Below are positions 1 through 14,642 of a stretch of 61,522 bases of DNA, piece by piece. The first letter of the stretch is position 1. The number at the start of each line of letters is the position of its first letter. The notes below the pieces were generated by a model, which worked only from the letters and a program-made list of their open reading frames with translations, was not told where the DNA came from and did no database searches. The stretch is from Seison nebaliae (lineage: Eukaryota): contig JALJEE010001766.1 in the NCBI GenBank assembly GCA_023231475.1, positions 62,001 to 123,522 of the forward strand. The letters run 5' to 3'. The position numbers and the translations under genes were made by a program.

Positions 1-1238
1 TGAAATTTCCCAACATAAAAATCTTGAATATCTTTATGATATTTTCTTGCATTTCTCAACGTGACACAAATCCCTCTGTCAGTAATTTCTTGTGTGAACA
101 TCTGATGGAAATGTGATCGTGAGTTTAGAAAAGAAAAATCGAACGTTCCCATTACACAAATAATCATCGACTCGACAATACATTATGAAATCTTCTTCTT
201 TGGAAATACTTCGACTAACATCGATCAAATTGGTTGGTTCTGTTGAGATATAATTTAATGATTCACAAATTTCTTATTAGACGACAAAGAAGACCTTTCA
301 CCATTATTTGAGATAAATCATCCAATTCATAGAATGAATTGATATAGGAGAAGACTAACTGATTCTCATCGGAAGAATCATAAGCATTCGAGGAAAAGAT
401 GTTGATCTGATTTAAAGATGATGATAAATGTTCGTACTTCTCTTCCAAAGGAACCAATCGACATAAATGAGTCCAGAGAACATTCTCGTCGATCTGTTCC
501 ATTTTTTTCAATATCGAATGTCGTTGAAATAATAAATGATTCTTCTTCTCCTCTAAAACATTAAACACTTTTTCTTGTAATTCTAAAATTTGTTCCGTTT
601 TCTTTTCCTCTTGACACATTAGTTCAAATTCGTCTAATTTCCAATATATTTGTCCTTTTTCCATAATCAATAATTCGAATAAATAAAGTTCGTAGAAATT
701 GAGTTGAAATTTCTTCATGAACGATTTGATTATATCTTTCATTTTTCTATTAAATATTCGCCCATGATCATCATCTTTCATATATTTCTTTAGTTTTTCA
801 TTTGTCAATTCGTCATAATCGTTTTCTGGACAGAACGAAGATATACCCATTTCTCCTTCCGTCATCATTAACGGATTCTCACAATTTTTCGACGCTTCAT
901 ATAACCGAGACCAGAATTGAAGGTAATTGAAATGTTTCTCTTCTAAATCCAAACGATTATTTCTACTCAATTTTATTCAAACAAATTAATTATGCAGAAA
1001 ATGTTAACATTAAATTATTACAAATTGTGAAGGCGGGAAATGGTGGAATATCATAAATCAATGTCATATCTGATTGTTTTGGATGACTGACATACAAATC
1101 CAAATTGGTCCAAACGTTATACACTAGGAAACATGTACTTCCACAAATGATCAGTAACCATAACGCTTTCTTGATCTTCGATGATTTGATCATCCAGGGA
1201 ATTCCATGAATCGTTGTTCGATCGATAAATTCACTCAT
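1..1238 (-). CDS. DEG/ENaC (ASIC-like) sodium channel subunit, 5' part; gene continues beyond the left window edge
   Basis: N-terminal TTIHG motif, TM1 (ALWLLIICGSTCFLVY) and FPAFTICN. Splicing three mini-introns joins ORF 263..970 and then the FIMYC and RGICVTL segments expected in the ectodomain. Confidence 0.85.
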
Positions 1239-1591
1239 TATGTTTATGTTAAACTTTTTTTTTTAAAATTAAATAAATATCTGTATTATAAATTTCTATT
1301 AAACTTTCTGATGATTTTGATTAAGTTAAAGAATTTTTCACTTTTTCAGCAATTGTTTATCGTCGAAACGATTTGGAATGAAGAAGAAAATCAAAAAGTT
1401 TTATAATATCATAAAAATAAACAAAATTTTCATATAAAAATTGACAAAACGAATTTCTTCCACTGAACATCGATTAAGAAAATAAGGAGAAATTAAAATA
1501 TGAAAAGGAAATTGATGAAAATGCAAAAAAATTTTTGTGAGAAAATATTTCTATTTGTTTGTCTGACATTTGATTCATTAAGTTTTTCGAT

Positions 1592-2659
1592 TTAGAAATC
1601 TCCTTCTTCGAATTCTTCTTCGATCATTTTTCTGCTCGACAACTTTCTTTCAGTTGACTTGCCGACCCGTTCGCCGATATATTTGAATGGTGCTGATTTC
1701 GAGTCTTTTCCAAATTGGTTGAAAGCTGTACAAATATATGTTCCTTCGTCATGTTCGTTTCCTCCGATGATTTGTAACCATCCAGTTGCTTCATAATGAT
1801 TGGGTCCTCCTCGAACTAAAGCTGAGACATGATCGTCGTCACCTAGAATGATGGAATGAAAAATGAAATTTGATGGAATATTGAAAATTTACCTGGAAGA
1901 ATAATTGCATTTGGGACTTCATTAATAGAGATGGATTGATCATGAATATCGTTAGTGTAGAACCATTCGATAACTGGAATTGGATTTCCTGTGACTTCAC
2001 ATTGGAAGAAAGTTTCTTCAGTTCCATTCGAAACGATTTCAGTTGGTCCTTTCACGATACTAGCACCGGCTTTACATGGACCTTTGTAATGTGGTTGGAT
2101 TTGGGAGAGTCCCATTCGACGACGATAGATCATACTCTCCATCATCTGACAAATGTTCTCATATGTTTGTCCATCAGTTCCACATGATGCTTTCTCGTCG
2201 ACACATCGACACCATGCAGCTTCCTCTTCTCCAATTGTTCTATTTTCAAAAGAATGAACGATAAAATATTTTAAATTTAGTTTACACTTTTAATATGAAC
2301 TAACGTACACTTCAATCTGGCACCACAACTACCATAATAACGGTCTACTCTGGTAATGTGTTCCAGATCGCAGAGTTCATATTCAGCACGAGCACAAACA
2401 TCACAACATCCGCATTGATCTTTTGTGGAACCGGCATCGCAACTTAAGATATCGAACTTGAATGAATTGACAAAAATTTTAGTTTAAATAAAGAAACTGG
2501 AGGACAATTTTTTGGATCACATTCTTCACAATCTTTCCGTTCTTCTCCTAAACTATTAATGTCGGCTAAACGGTTTTTTCTCGCTTCGATTCGTGAAGTA
2601 ATATCAGTAGTGAGGCATTGTCCCACTATGAGGAAAAATATAGGAAAAAAAATTTTCAT
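1592..2659 (-). CDS. IGFBP7: IGFBP7/KAZALD1-like secreted protein (IB + Kazal + Ig domains), 4 exons
   Basis: Signal peptide MKIFFPIFFLIVGQCLT; IB motif CGCCDVCA; Kazal CGTDGQTYENICQM..YKGPC; Ig FQCEVTGNPIPVIEW..LPGDDDHVSALVRGGPNHYEATGWLQI..DEGTYIC. Confidence 0.85.
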
Positions 2660-3156
2660 AATTCTCTCCACAGACGTGTTAGATGTATCTCTGATCGAAG
2701 AATAAGAACGTAAAACTTTAACAATTTTCCGATTATGCTGTTGGCAGAAGAGAACAAAATGGAAAAATAGAAACGTTCGATGGAAAATGTTTAGAAGAAA
2801 GATCAACTTACAACATCTTCACACATTAAGGGAGAAAAGAAAATGGAGGGAGAGTGAAAGATGAATCAAATGAAACTTATGTTCAATTATTTCTGGAGCA
2901 TCTCCATAAATTTAGTTGAGTTTATATCTGTAAGAGTTTAACCGAGCAGTAAGTGCTTCTGAATGTGGATAGGGAAAAGGTCGATTTCTTTTCCCATTTA
3001 ATTATGAAGAAACGAATAAGATCGAAAACGATTTTTTCTTTTATTAATTAACAAAAAAAACGAATAATTCCACAGTGAATTCCACCCATCAACAACGATC
3101 ATCAGCATAAAAAACGTGAAATGTGAAAGTGAATTGATGAACTCTTGAAATTTCTA

Positions 3157-6100
3157 TCAAATGTAGAGGCTGTTAGCAAAGATGAGATCTCTCTTCAATT
3201 TAGCGATAGCTTCTTCGAATTTCACTATCAATTCTTCATTACCAATCGTCTTAGCTGCACAGATTACTTGGCGGAGTACTTCTTCCAACCGTCTCAAACA
3301 TCGAATAATACTCCCTTCGAATATATTACAGCTTTTTAGTATCTCAGCAAACGATTTCCCTTCGATCCAGTCAGAAGTTACCACCATTAAATTGTCCTTG
3401 AACTTATCCAGATATGAATGTTCATTAATCGTTATTTTTGACTCGGTAAATACTTGGGCAACATGTCGTGCTGTATCTCGCAAACACTTCGTTCCCTCCT
3501 TCAACTTTTCCCCCAGTTTTATTTGGTCGTTCGACTTTTCGTCACAAACAAAACAAGATAAAAGTGCACAAGATTCGGACGCTGTCAAATTATTAAAGAC
3601 GCCATCTAATAACATTTCTGTGAGGACTAATTCGTCGCCTGTATCGATTTCACAAGCCACACGTCCCTTCATCGAAATAACGTCACCCTCCGCACAATAA
3701 TCTAATCGACGCAACACTCTCTTCATTTTCTTCAAGAGATCTTGATGGAGAATTGAATGTGCGTTCTTTAATGCATTCTTCATGTCTTGTAGTTCGTTCT
3801 CTATTCGAAGTTTCGCTTCATATTTATTCAATAACTCGTCCAGATTATTAGCTTGGTAGAGAGAATGTCCGTACAATTTCGTCTCATATCGTTTAATATC
3901 ATAAATGAGTTTCTTGAATTCTTCGTCTTCGATATGCATATCTTCGATTGGATCCATCAATGGTAGCCCGTCGGGATATTTGATAGAACATAATTCATTT
4001 AAAACACTTCCGAGACTTTGACGCGAATCTTTCGATTGTAATTCTTCAGGTAAATATAAACGAATTGAACTGATTTGATAAACGATAGAAAGATGAACGG
4101 GAACAACTTTCATTTCACCAGTTCGATAATTTGGAGCTGGTCTCAAATGCACTATATCTCGTTCATTATTACTAATTGGTTTTACATTTAATAACATGTC
4201 GAGAAGATAACAATCTTTCTCACCCAATTCTGTATTCTTTTTCTGACGAACATTTAAGAGAATTCCCCAATTGAAATCATGTGTCATTGTCTTAATATGG
4301 ATCACTCGACCAGGATGAAGGAAAGGCGTGATGATTTTCGGATCACAAATATATGTCAATAATTGAGAATTTAATTCATGTAAACGTTTCCTCAAATTGT
4401 AATAACTACTCACTTCTTCCATTTGTTGGACTTTTACTGAATACAATTTTTTCACTAAAGTTTTCATGGAATCCCTCAATTTGGGAATGGTAGCGAAATT
4501 TTGAAATTGATAAAATGATCGTTCTAACATAAATTCCGGATTAATTCCTTCCACTCTTAATAAATTTAAAACCATATTATAAGTGAGACGGAAGGCGGAA
4601 TTTAACGGTTTCGCTTCACCTTTAACAATATCTTTACAAGTAGCGGGTGTGATCTTTTTATCGATCGCTAATATTACTAGACCTTTATCGTCTAATCCAC
4701 GTCTCCCAGCACGTCCACTCATTTGAATATATTCTCCAGAATTGAGATATCTCGTTTCTTTTCCATCGAATTTTGTTGGTGAAGTAAAAATAACAGTTCT
4801 CGCTGGCATGTTCATTCCAAGAGCGAATGTTTCGGTTGCATGAAGAACTTTAATTAATCCTTCAGCGAATAATATTTCTGTCACTTCTTTCATTATCGGC
4901 AATAATCCACCATGATGAACACCGATTCCCCGTCGTAAAGTTGGAAGTAAATTTATTATTCTCGATAATTTTTGATCTTCTTCAGACAACGATGAAATAG
5001 CAGAATTGAATACTCTTTCCACCGATTTACTTTCATCCGACGAATTATAATTACAAGGACTCAATTCTAACATATATGATTCACATTCTTTTTTACTAAA
5101 ACTGAAAACGATGGTAGGAAGGAGATTATGATTCTCTGCCAATTTCACCAAATCGAAAGCGACGGTATGATGTTTTTTAACTGGTGTTGATGTCGTTAAT
5201 GAATCCATCGCTTGATCGAATGTTTCTTGTTTGAAAGTTCCTTCTTTATCAACCACTTGATAAACGTTGTTATTACTTACCGGATAAATGAAATGTTCCA
5301 ATGGTACTGGTCGATATTCCGTCGAAACGATATGACATGGTTGATGATGGAGAAATGTGATCCATTGAACGAATTGATCACCATTTGGTATGGTAGCAGA
5401 TAAGAAGACGAAATGAACATTATCTGGTAATAGAATAATACTCTCCTCCCAAACCACACCACGTTCACTATCTCTCATATAATGGATTTCATCAAACACA
5501 ATCCATGCCACTTCTCGAATAATTTCACTTCCTCGATATAACATAGATCTTAAAATTTCCGTCGTCATTACCAAACAAGAAGCATCCGGATTTATTGTGA
5601 TATCTCCTGTCATCAATCCCACATCATTGAATTCCGTCAATAAATCCTGATATTTTTGATTTGACAACGCTTTTACCGGCGACGTATAAATCACTTTCTG
5701 TTTCGACTTCAATGCCAGAGCGACGGCATATAATGCCACTACCGTCTTCCCAGCACTTGTATGAGCGGCTACTAATACCGATTGAATGTTGTGCACACAT
5801 TTCACCGCTTCCATCTGAAACGTATCTAATTTAAATGGAAATTTTATGATCATTTTGTCGATCTCTTCCAAATCTTCATATTCAATTTCCGGTAACAAAG
5901 ATACAGAATGTGTACACTCCGTCGATCGATGAATTTCTTTCATATACAATTGAGGGAGACTCTCGTACATTCTCCTCATAGCATCACTTGTCATTTGATT
6001 GAACATCTCTGTTAATGAAATGGATTGCTCGAAAATCTTTTTCGGATCTATTGCCACTTCATCTGTTTCTGTCACCTTTCCACCCTCTTCTTCTCCCTCT

Positions 6101-6201
6101 TTCGTCAATCCATTCGTCAAAGTAGTTGTAGTGAATTCTTCCAAATCTAAATCACATTTTGGCTCCGCTTCCAAATGACCAAACAAGTCTATATCATTCA
6201 T
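3157..6201 (-). CDS. MTREX: Nuclear exosome RNA helicase MTR4 (SKIV2L2), intronless
   Basis: AHTSAGKT, DEIH, SAT and QMSGRAGRRG helicase motifs, KOW/arch region, DSHCT C-terminus ending RDLIFANSLYI. Confidence 0.97.
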   Translation of the reverse strand: MNDIDLFGHLEAEPKCDLDLEEFTTTTLTNGLTKEGEEEGGKVTETDEVAIDPKKIFEQSISLTEMFNQMTSDAMRRMYESLPQLYMKEIHRSTECTHSVSLLPEIEYEDLEEIDKMIIKFPFKLDTFQMEAVKCVHNIQSVLVAAHTSAGKTVVALYAVALALKSKQKVIYTSPVKALSNQKYQDLLTEFNDVGLMTGDITINPDASCLVMTTEILRSMLYRGSEIIREVAWIVFDEIHYMRDSERGVVWEESIILLPDNVHFVFLSATIPNGDQFVQWITFLHHQPCHIVSTEYRPVPLEHFIYPVSNNNVYQVVDKEGTFKQETFDQAMDSLTTSTPVKKHHTVAFDLVKLAENHNLLPTIVFSFSKKECESYMLELSPCNYNSSDESKSVERVFNSAISSLSEEDQKLSRIINLLPTLRRGIGVHHGGLLPIMKEVTEILFAEGLIKVLHATETFALGMNMPARTVIFTSPTKFDGKETRYLNSGEYIQMSGRAGRRGLDDKGLVILAIDKKITPATCKDIVKGEAKPLNSAFRLTYNMVLNLLRVEGINPEFMLERSFYQFQNFATIPKLRDSMKTLVKKLYSVKVQQMEEVSSYYNLRKRLHELNSQLLTYICDPKIITPFLHPGRVIHIKTMTHDFNWGILLNVRQKKNTELGEKDCYLLDMLLNVKPISNNERDIVHLRPAPNYRTGEMKVVPVHLSIVYQISSIRLYLPEELQSKDSRQSLGSVLNELCSIKYPDGLPLMDPIEDMHIEDEEFKKLIYDIKRYETKLYGHSLYQANNLDELLNKYEAKLRIENELQDMKNALKNAHSILHQDLLKKMKRVLRRLDYCAEGDVISMKGRVACEIDTGDELVLTEMLLDGVFNNLTASESCALLSCFVCDEKSNDQIKLGEKLKEGTKCLRDTARHVAQVFTESKITINEHSYLDKFKDNLMVVTSDWIEGKSFAEILKSCNIFEGSIIRCLRRLEEVLRQVICAAKTIGNEELIVKFEEAIAKLKRDLIFANSLYI

Positions 6202-6509
6202 CTAAACAACAAATCAACGGATTTTGGGGTGGGTGTATCTCCTAAAATTCTTTTGGAAGCTTAATTTTTGAATTATCTAAATTGTATTAAATCAATATTC
6301 AATTCAAAAGAAAAATAGAGGAACAAAATCCACATTTCTTTCTCAATTAAATAAGTTTATAATTTTTATTCTTTATAATTATTTATAGTAGTTTTTCTTA
6401 TCAAACTCTTTCAAATATAATTTCAAAAAAATGGTTGTTTAACAACATTTTAATTTTTTTAATTCCAAGCTTCTCAAATTGTACGAGAAACAAATCGAAT
6501 AAATTTAGT

Positions 6510-6734
6510 ATGGATAAGAAGAAGAGTATCGGACAAATGGTAAAACAAACAAAATATAACGAAGACTTTCCTGAGTTAATGATGAATAAATGGGATAAGG
6601 ATCGTGCTAATAAAAACGATCTAGTTGTAGACGAGTTCGACATTTGGGAGAAGGATTGGGATAACAAAGAAATTAACGATGAATTCTTGAATGAAATTCG
6701 TGAGAAATTGAAAGCATACACGGTAGCTAAATGA
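6510..6734 (+). CDS. SEM1: SEM1/DSS1-like small acidic protein (divergent)
   Basis: 74 aa from ATG 6510 containing WEKDWDNKEINDEFLNEIREKL, which matches the DSS1 WEDNWDD..DDF...LR.EL signature. Confidence 0.7.
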   Translation: MDKKKSIGQMVKQTKYNEDFPELMMNKWDKDRANKNDLVVDEFDIWEKDWDNKEINDEFLNEIREKLKAYTVAK

Positions 6735-6868
6735 ATAAGAGACTTTCTTCCCATTTAGAGTAAACAAGAAAAAATTTTGATGTTTTTATTCAACGGCAGA
6801 TTTTAAAAAAAATTAAAACTCATTTTTTTCCTTTCTATTTCAAATTAAATTTTTCCACTTCAACGTCA

Positions 6869-8640
<1,772 letters not shown>

Positions 8641-8646
8641 TAATTT

Positions 8647-10644
8647 TTATTCGATATTTTCATGAACGAAGATATCGACCGATTTCAATAATTGATCGAA
8701 TGAAGTCGAAGTATTATCGTTGTGATTATGAGAGATCTTCTTCTGATTTTCCATTCTCTTCTTCATCTTTTGTCTTTGTTCGTTTTTTAATAAATTTATT
8801 GATTTTGAATGATTCGAATTACGTAAATTACTTTTTGAATTTCTTAATTGTTTCTTGTGGTGAAGTGGTTGAGATAATTGTAGGGAATTTTTCTCTCTCC
8901 TGAATAAACATGGACAATAGAGTAACTGATTGATGTGAGTGCGAATGATGTGACTGAAAATTAGCATGAAAATGATGAGAAGGAACGAAAGAAATTGTAA
9001 ATATAATTCTCTGGTCAAATCGATTAAATGAATTATGATATCATCATTGATACCGAGATAATCATGAAATAAATCGTATTTTGTAGTAGAATAATAAATT
9101 CGAGTGAATTGTAAAACATTCTCCTGTTTCTTCAAATTGATATCGTTAAATGTAGAACAATTCTTTCTCAATTTCCAATCAACATCATTCATCAATGGAT
9201 AATGACGAATGATCATCTCGTAAATGACGAAGAACCAGTGCATAAGCAAACCGAACCAAATGAAGAAACCGGCAAATGTCAAAAATTGTTTAATATCCAA
9301 ATTAACTTTCGTTAAATTCAAATAATCATTTCTCGATAATTTCTCATCCGATTCATTAGATAAAATATATTTGTATCGATTGAAACGATCAAATAATCGA
9401 TTCTTTCTTAACATTCCTGCAAAGTTGGATGTTGATGCATTCTTCCTTCGAATATCGATTGTCGATTCATTCTCATAATTCCAATGATTTAATACATCTA
9501 CTGATCGACTAAAATATTCCAATGCAGAATCTTTGGAGATTGTTCCTTCAGTTGTCTCCATCCATCGATCCGTTACATCGCGATCAGTCGATTTTCCTGA
9601 TGATCCTCTCGGTAGAGTGGAAGAAGGATTCTTCACATTATCATAATATGGTGAGAATAATGGTTTAGTTGAATCATTTAAATGATATGTCGTTTCAATC
9701 AAATTATCTTTCGATCGATATTTGAAGATAAAATAGAAAGTGATTGCCAATTGAATGAGAAAGAAGAAGATGATGTTGATGATACGAAAGATGAATAAAG
9801 ATGAATAAGACCAATTCGATACGCAAATTGAATTAATTGGAGAATTCTTTTTCGTTTTATTCTCCCAAAACTTATCATTTATCGCTTGGAATGATAACGT
9901 ATATGGAAGATACCAACTGATGACAGTACACCAGGAAATAAGGGAGAACAAGATAATCTCTCGATATCGTTTCTTATTCTCTTTTCCATCACATAACCAT
10001 CGTTCATTCTTTCGATTAATTGGATTTTTTGTTAATTTCACTAAAATATTATAGAATCCATAATTCATGAAAATTGGTAATAACTTTAAAAAAGAGGAAA
10101 TTGAACCAAAATTTAAAAGAGAAAATTTAACTGAAATAAAAACATTTGTAAATAATGGAGATATCCAACATTGTTTGAATAGATAAAGAACTTTCCATAC
10201 AACTTCTTCATCCAAATATTTGTCCATTACATATTCTTGAAAACTGACGATGAGATTGAATAAGAGGAAAATCGAATGTGAAAATTTGAATAGAATTAAA
10301 ATGAGGAAATTGATGCAAATGATGATGGAGGAGATGCGGAAGATATGATGATTATGCGTAAAAGTAATGACCGATGATCCATTGAGAGTGAGAGTCTTTT
10401 CGTAAATGAAATAAGAATATTTCCTTTGGAATATTCCCACCATCATCAACAGAGTTGCGATGATACCGAAAACGATGAAGAAAGTTGACAAGGCGACGAA
10501 AGTAAATGTAAATTTTTGATTGATGTCCAATTGTTGTTGGTAAAGTTTGATGAAGGTTTGTGCATCGTACGACTCGTTCCAATTGATTTCGAGCGTTTCA
10601 TTCGAACAGATGAATCGGAGCCACCGATCACTCAAAATGTTCAT
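8647..10644 (-). CDS. Divergent orphan 7TM, probably rhodopsin-like GPCR, intronless
   Basis: Seven hydrophobic segments, N-terminal NET/NES glycosylation sequons, Cys at the top of TM3 and in ECL2 (ICVSNW), TM4 W..P, long ICL3. DRY and NPxxY are absent. Confidence 0.55.
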   Translation of the reverse strand: MNILSDRWLRFICSNETLEINWNESYDAQTFIKLYQQQLDINQKFTFTFVALSTFFIVFGIIATLLMMVGIFQRKYSYFIYEKTLTLNGSSVITFTHNHHIFRISSIIICINFLILILFKFSHSIFLLFNLIVSFQEYVMDKYLDEEVVWKVLYLFKQCWISPLFTNVFISVKFSLLNFGSISSFLKLLPIFMNYGFYNILVKLTKNPINRKNERWLCDGKENKKRYREIILFSLISWCTVISWYLPYTLSFQAINDKFWENKTKKNSPINSICVSNWSYSSLFIFRIINIIFFFLIQLAITFYFIFKYRSKDNLIETTYHLNDSTKPLFSPYYDNVKNPSSTLPRGSSGKSTDRDVTDRWMETTEGTISKDSALEYFSRSVDVLNHWNYENESTIDIRRKNASTSNFAGMLRKNRLFDRFNRYKYILSNESDEKLSRNDYLNLTKVNLDIKQFLTFAGFFIWFGLLMHWFFVIYEMIIRHYPLMNDVDWKLRKNCSTFNDINLKKQENVLQFTRIYYSTTKYDLFHDYLGINDDIIIHLIDLTRELYLQFLSFLLIIFMLIFSHIIRTHINQLLYCPCLFRREKNSLQLSQPLHHKKQLRNSKSNLRNSNHSKSINLLKNEQRQKMKKRMENQKKISHNHNDNTSTSFDQLLKSVDIFVHENIE

Positions 10645-13009
10645 TGTGTCAAGGAGATACTCAAAATGTGTATCACTCTTAATCTTTTCTGAACTAAAAT
10701 GAAGATATATTTCTATGTGAGAAGGAGAATCAAATCACGTGAGAATATTCCCAAAAGACTTATCTGATATCGCTTTTCTATTTCCTTCAATTGAAAGGAA
10801 ATGATTATCGTCAAATTGCAAATAAAGTGGATTGATAACAGATCGAAAATATTTAAATGAATTCCCCACAAATTATTAACGACATTCTCTCACTTGTTGC
10901 CAATGATTGACAAGCAATCATTTTTCTATGGTATTAGATGGTGGTTATGATGAAAGAAAAGATAAACATTATTTTCATCATCAAATGTTCTAGTTATGAC
11001 ATTATCGTGATACATATATTTACTTACGATAAATGGAAACGCATCAATAAAATTTTGAAGAAAATAAATGTCAGTGAAGCGCGCTCAGATGATAAAGGAA
11101 AAGAAAATGCGAACACGATAATCGAACTCAAACGACCCAGAATCAGTCATTGTTCATAGAAAAGAAGAATTTAAAAGTGAACGTGGAAAAGAAGAAGTTG
11201 AACTGATGTTTAGCGGAATGTTCTCGGTCAAAGTCGATATGTGCTAAAAGGAGAATGTTTCTTTTTGAGAATTAGATGTAAATGAGAAGAAGAAAACGAA
11301 GAAGGAAGATGGGAGGAAGTTGAAGTTTGAGGTAAAATGCAAAATGTTTAATTACTATCACGTGGAAGTTAATGTTAATAAGTTGTTTGTAATTAAAACG
11401 TAAGAATAAAAACGTCTCGTGATTACTACCTTACCCATTGAGTAATACTCATCATCATCTAACCAGACTTGCCAAATGTTCGAAGACATATTGAACATCA
11501 ACACAATTTTTGATAAAAAAAACGGAAATTAGTCAGTTACTTTTAACAATTAGTTCATAACTTTCCTTTTAGTTGAGAGATGAAATAAATTGAATTGATT
11601 GAACAAATTTCATATTCTCCTTACGGGCCAAATGAATAATGAGTTTTCTTTCGAAGATAATGAAAGAAAATTTTGGGTAAATATTCATCCGAACTTGGTG
11701 AATAATTCATTGAAAAAGATGACAAATGATATCGACTTCTTCTTTTAATACGCAACATTAATCGATTTCGATATTAATCATATGAAACTTCCTTATGCTT
11801 CATGATTCTCCTACAGACACGTAGCAATAGAGCAGAAAGAAATAAAACTTTTCTTCTATCACGTTGAAATAATCAAATCATCTTATTTCCGATATTAGAT
11901 ACAATCCCTTCTCTCACAAGAACAACTTCATTTCCAATATCGATATAAATATTAAAACTTCTCTTCTTCACAAATTGTCTGGGAGAGTGTCTGAATGAGT
12001 TAAACGAACGAACGAACGAATGAACGAAAATTTAGTCGATCTTTGATATAAATATACGTTTGTATCGAAATGTATCGAAATGTAGTATTGTTTAGGAGTG
12101 AATTGTAAGAAAATTTTTCTTCTTCGATGATATAATGCTTCTTCTAATTAATATGTATTTTTCTTTTAGTGGCAACAATAAATACTCATTTACAAATCAT
12201 TTATTCACCCGATTTTTATTTCTCCCAATAATTTTCCTATTCCATATATTCCATATTGTGGTTAAGCACATATTCTCCCTAATACTACTTACCAACTTCC
12301 TATTATCGAGGTGGGTGAGTTCATATTCTCTACTCTTGTATATACCTCGTTAGGTCTTGTTAAGACTACTTATATCACAAACTAACAACAATGAATAGTC
12401 AACGAGTATTATTCAATTCGATCGAGAGTGTCGTAGTCGTTACATTTCAAATTGAATAACCTAATGGCTGATAATAATGGAATAATAATAATAATAATTT
12501 GTTGAAGTGAAAATGCTCTTATTAACTCCGTTCTCTTTCATGTGAACGAATTCCTTTAACTAGATAATTTGAGTAATTTATATGTCCGAAAATATTCTCC
12601 TCACTTTTATACAATTAGTGTCGTGGTAGCAATTTTAGTGGCGATGATGTTCATAGTCACCGATCATCATAATAATTGGAGAGTGTCAATTACTCTTTTA
12701 TCTTCAACACAAATATTTCGACGTTCATAACCTAATTTCTCTCACGAAACAGAAATAATTTTAAGAAACGTTACTTATTGAGTCACCGCTGGTTATTGAA
12801 TATTGATTTTTTTAAGTTGAGATAAAAAAATTTTTTATGTTCAACAAACTGAAGTGATTAATCATAATGATCGTAAAAATTTGGATTTCCGGGAAGGAAG
12901 AATTTTAATGAGAATATTTTCACATGAAACATTTTGGCACTTATCCTCATTATTTCACTAACTAAAATCATTAGCTTCACAATTACTTTCAAATTCCCAT
13001 CGTACAAAA

Positions 13010-13403
13010 ATGGCAAGTAATCCGAAAAAACCGAATATCAACCGAAATAAGAGTAGAGGAAATCAGGGGCAGAAACGTCAGGATAACAGTATCGATCTCT
13101 CCAAATATATGGATAAGAAGATACGAGTAAAATTTACGGCTGGTGGTGAAGCAATCGGCATTTTGAAAGGTTTCTACCAAAACCATTTCTCAGAAATTAA
13201 TCCCATTTACTTTAATAGGTTATGATCAATTACTGAATATTGTTCTTGATGGAACGATGGAAGAACGGAAATTAACAACAGATGGAGGAAATGTATCTTC
13301 AGACGAAAAAAGAAAACTCGGATTAGTCGTTTGTCGTGGACCAAATATCACATCGATTTGTCCGGATGACGGATTTGAAACGACAGTAAATCCATTTTCT
13401 TAA
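13010..13403 (+). CDS. LSM7: U6 snRNA-associated Sm-like protein LSm7, 2 exons
   Basis: IDLSKYMDKKIRVKFTAGGEAIGILKG|YDQLLNIVLD..RKLGLVVCRGPNITSICPDDGFETTVNPF; intron 13170-13218. Confidence 0.93.
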
Positions 13404-13521
13404 CAAACATCTTCCAGAATATTTTTATACCGAACAAATAAAGATCCATTAAATTTTAATTTGAATGAAATTTGAAAAAAGAAATAATTTTTGTTTTTGA
13501 AGAATTTATTGAAATAAAATA

Positions 13522-14173
13522 TTATTGACATGTACATGTTTCTTTTGGAATGTTAGATGAGAATGAGTTGGACGTTGGTTGATAAGAGTTCGACTGAAAA
13601 TCGAAGAATTAGAAATAAAAATTTGAAAATGAATTAACATTATTTGAATATTCCGATTCCTGCAATTGTCTCGCCAATTCTTCGTCGCTTATTAATTGTC
13701 TATTGGTCGTATTATTGGAGTGATTCGTTCCACATTTGTGATCCATCGGATGGCGATGCTCGATGCAAAACTTTTTATGACAAACTTCACATTCAACTCG
13801 AATTTTCTATTTAAAGAAGTTTTAATGGAAATTGAAAGGAAGAAAATTTCTAAACATTCTCATTTCGACATCTTTTCACTGAGCATGGTTGGATGTTAGA
13901 CATCTTTTTGTCAGATTTCTTACAACCTTGTTCGATATGTCGATTAACAGCCAAATCAGCTGTCTCATTATCTTTGACATTGACTGCTTCATTACAAATT
14001 GGACAAAATGGGACTGTTCGATCGATTTGATATTGTTCGGGACATTGATGCTTCTCATACGATAAATGTTCCATGCAGAAAGTCTTCTTACATGCTTTAC
14101 AAATGGCAGGTGTAAAATCGAGTTGTCTACAATATTTGTATGAACAATATTTACCTATATGTGGCAATTCCAT
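13522..14173 (-). CDS. ZFAND2B: AN1-type zinc finger protein AIRAPL/ZFAND2B-like, 3 exons
   Basis: MELPHIGKYC..CRQLDF AN1 finger, CPIC segment, second AN1 finger (FCIEHRHPMDHKC), UIM-like SDEELARQLQESE, C-terminal CaaX-like CTCQ-stop. Confidence 0.9.
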
Positions 14174-14642
14174 CAGTCATCGATTTGTAAAGTAGTTGAA
14201 AATTTTCCTTTTTATAATCGAAATCGAAATTTTTCTTAAATTTGCTGAATCATTTTCTTTCGAAATTCTTCTCGAAATGTTCTAGAAGAGACTAGAATAA
14301 ATTGATAATGATTCATTTATATACACTTCAATTTGGACTCGTCTTTTCCTTTTCCAACAATTTTTATGAAACATGTCTTTTATAATATCAGATCATTAAA
14401 TTAACATTTGGGTCGAATCTATTTATTAATTTATTGTTGTTGAAATTGTTTGTTTATTCTTAAAAATCTCTTGAAAATTTATTCTTCAAATTTTTTCATA
14501 ATAAAAATTTCTTCACTATTTTTCTTGTTCAATTCAAAGGCACAAATGTAAAGAATGAGTGAGAGGATGGAGAAATGGACTATGTTATTTTACATAAAAT
14601 TTACGGAAGATATTTAAATGAATAAGTATTTGGCTGTTGAGA

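Noticed and set aside
3182..3700. 172-aa ORF antisense to MTR4
   Set aside because: An antisense shadow of a conserved CDS with no recognisable features.
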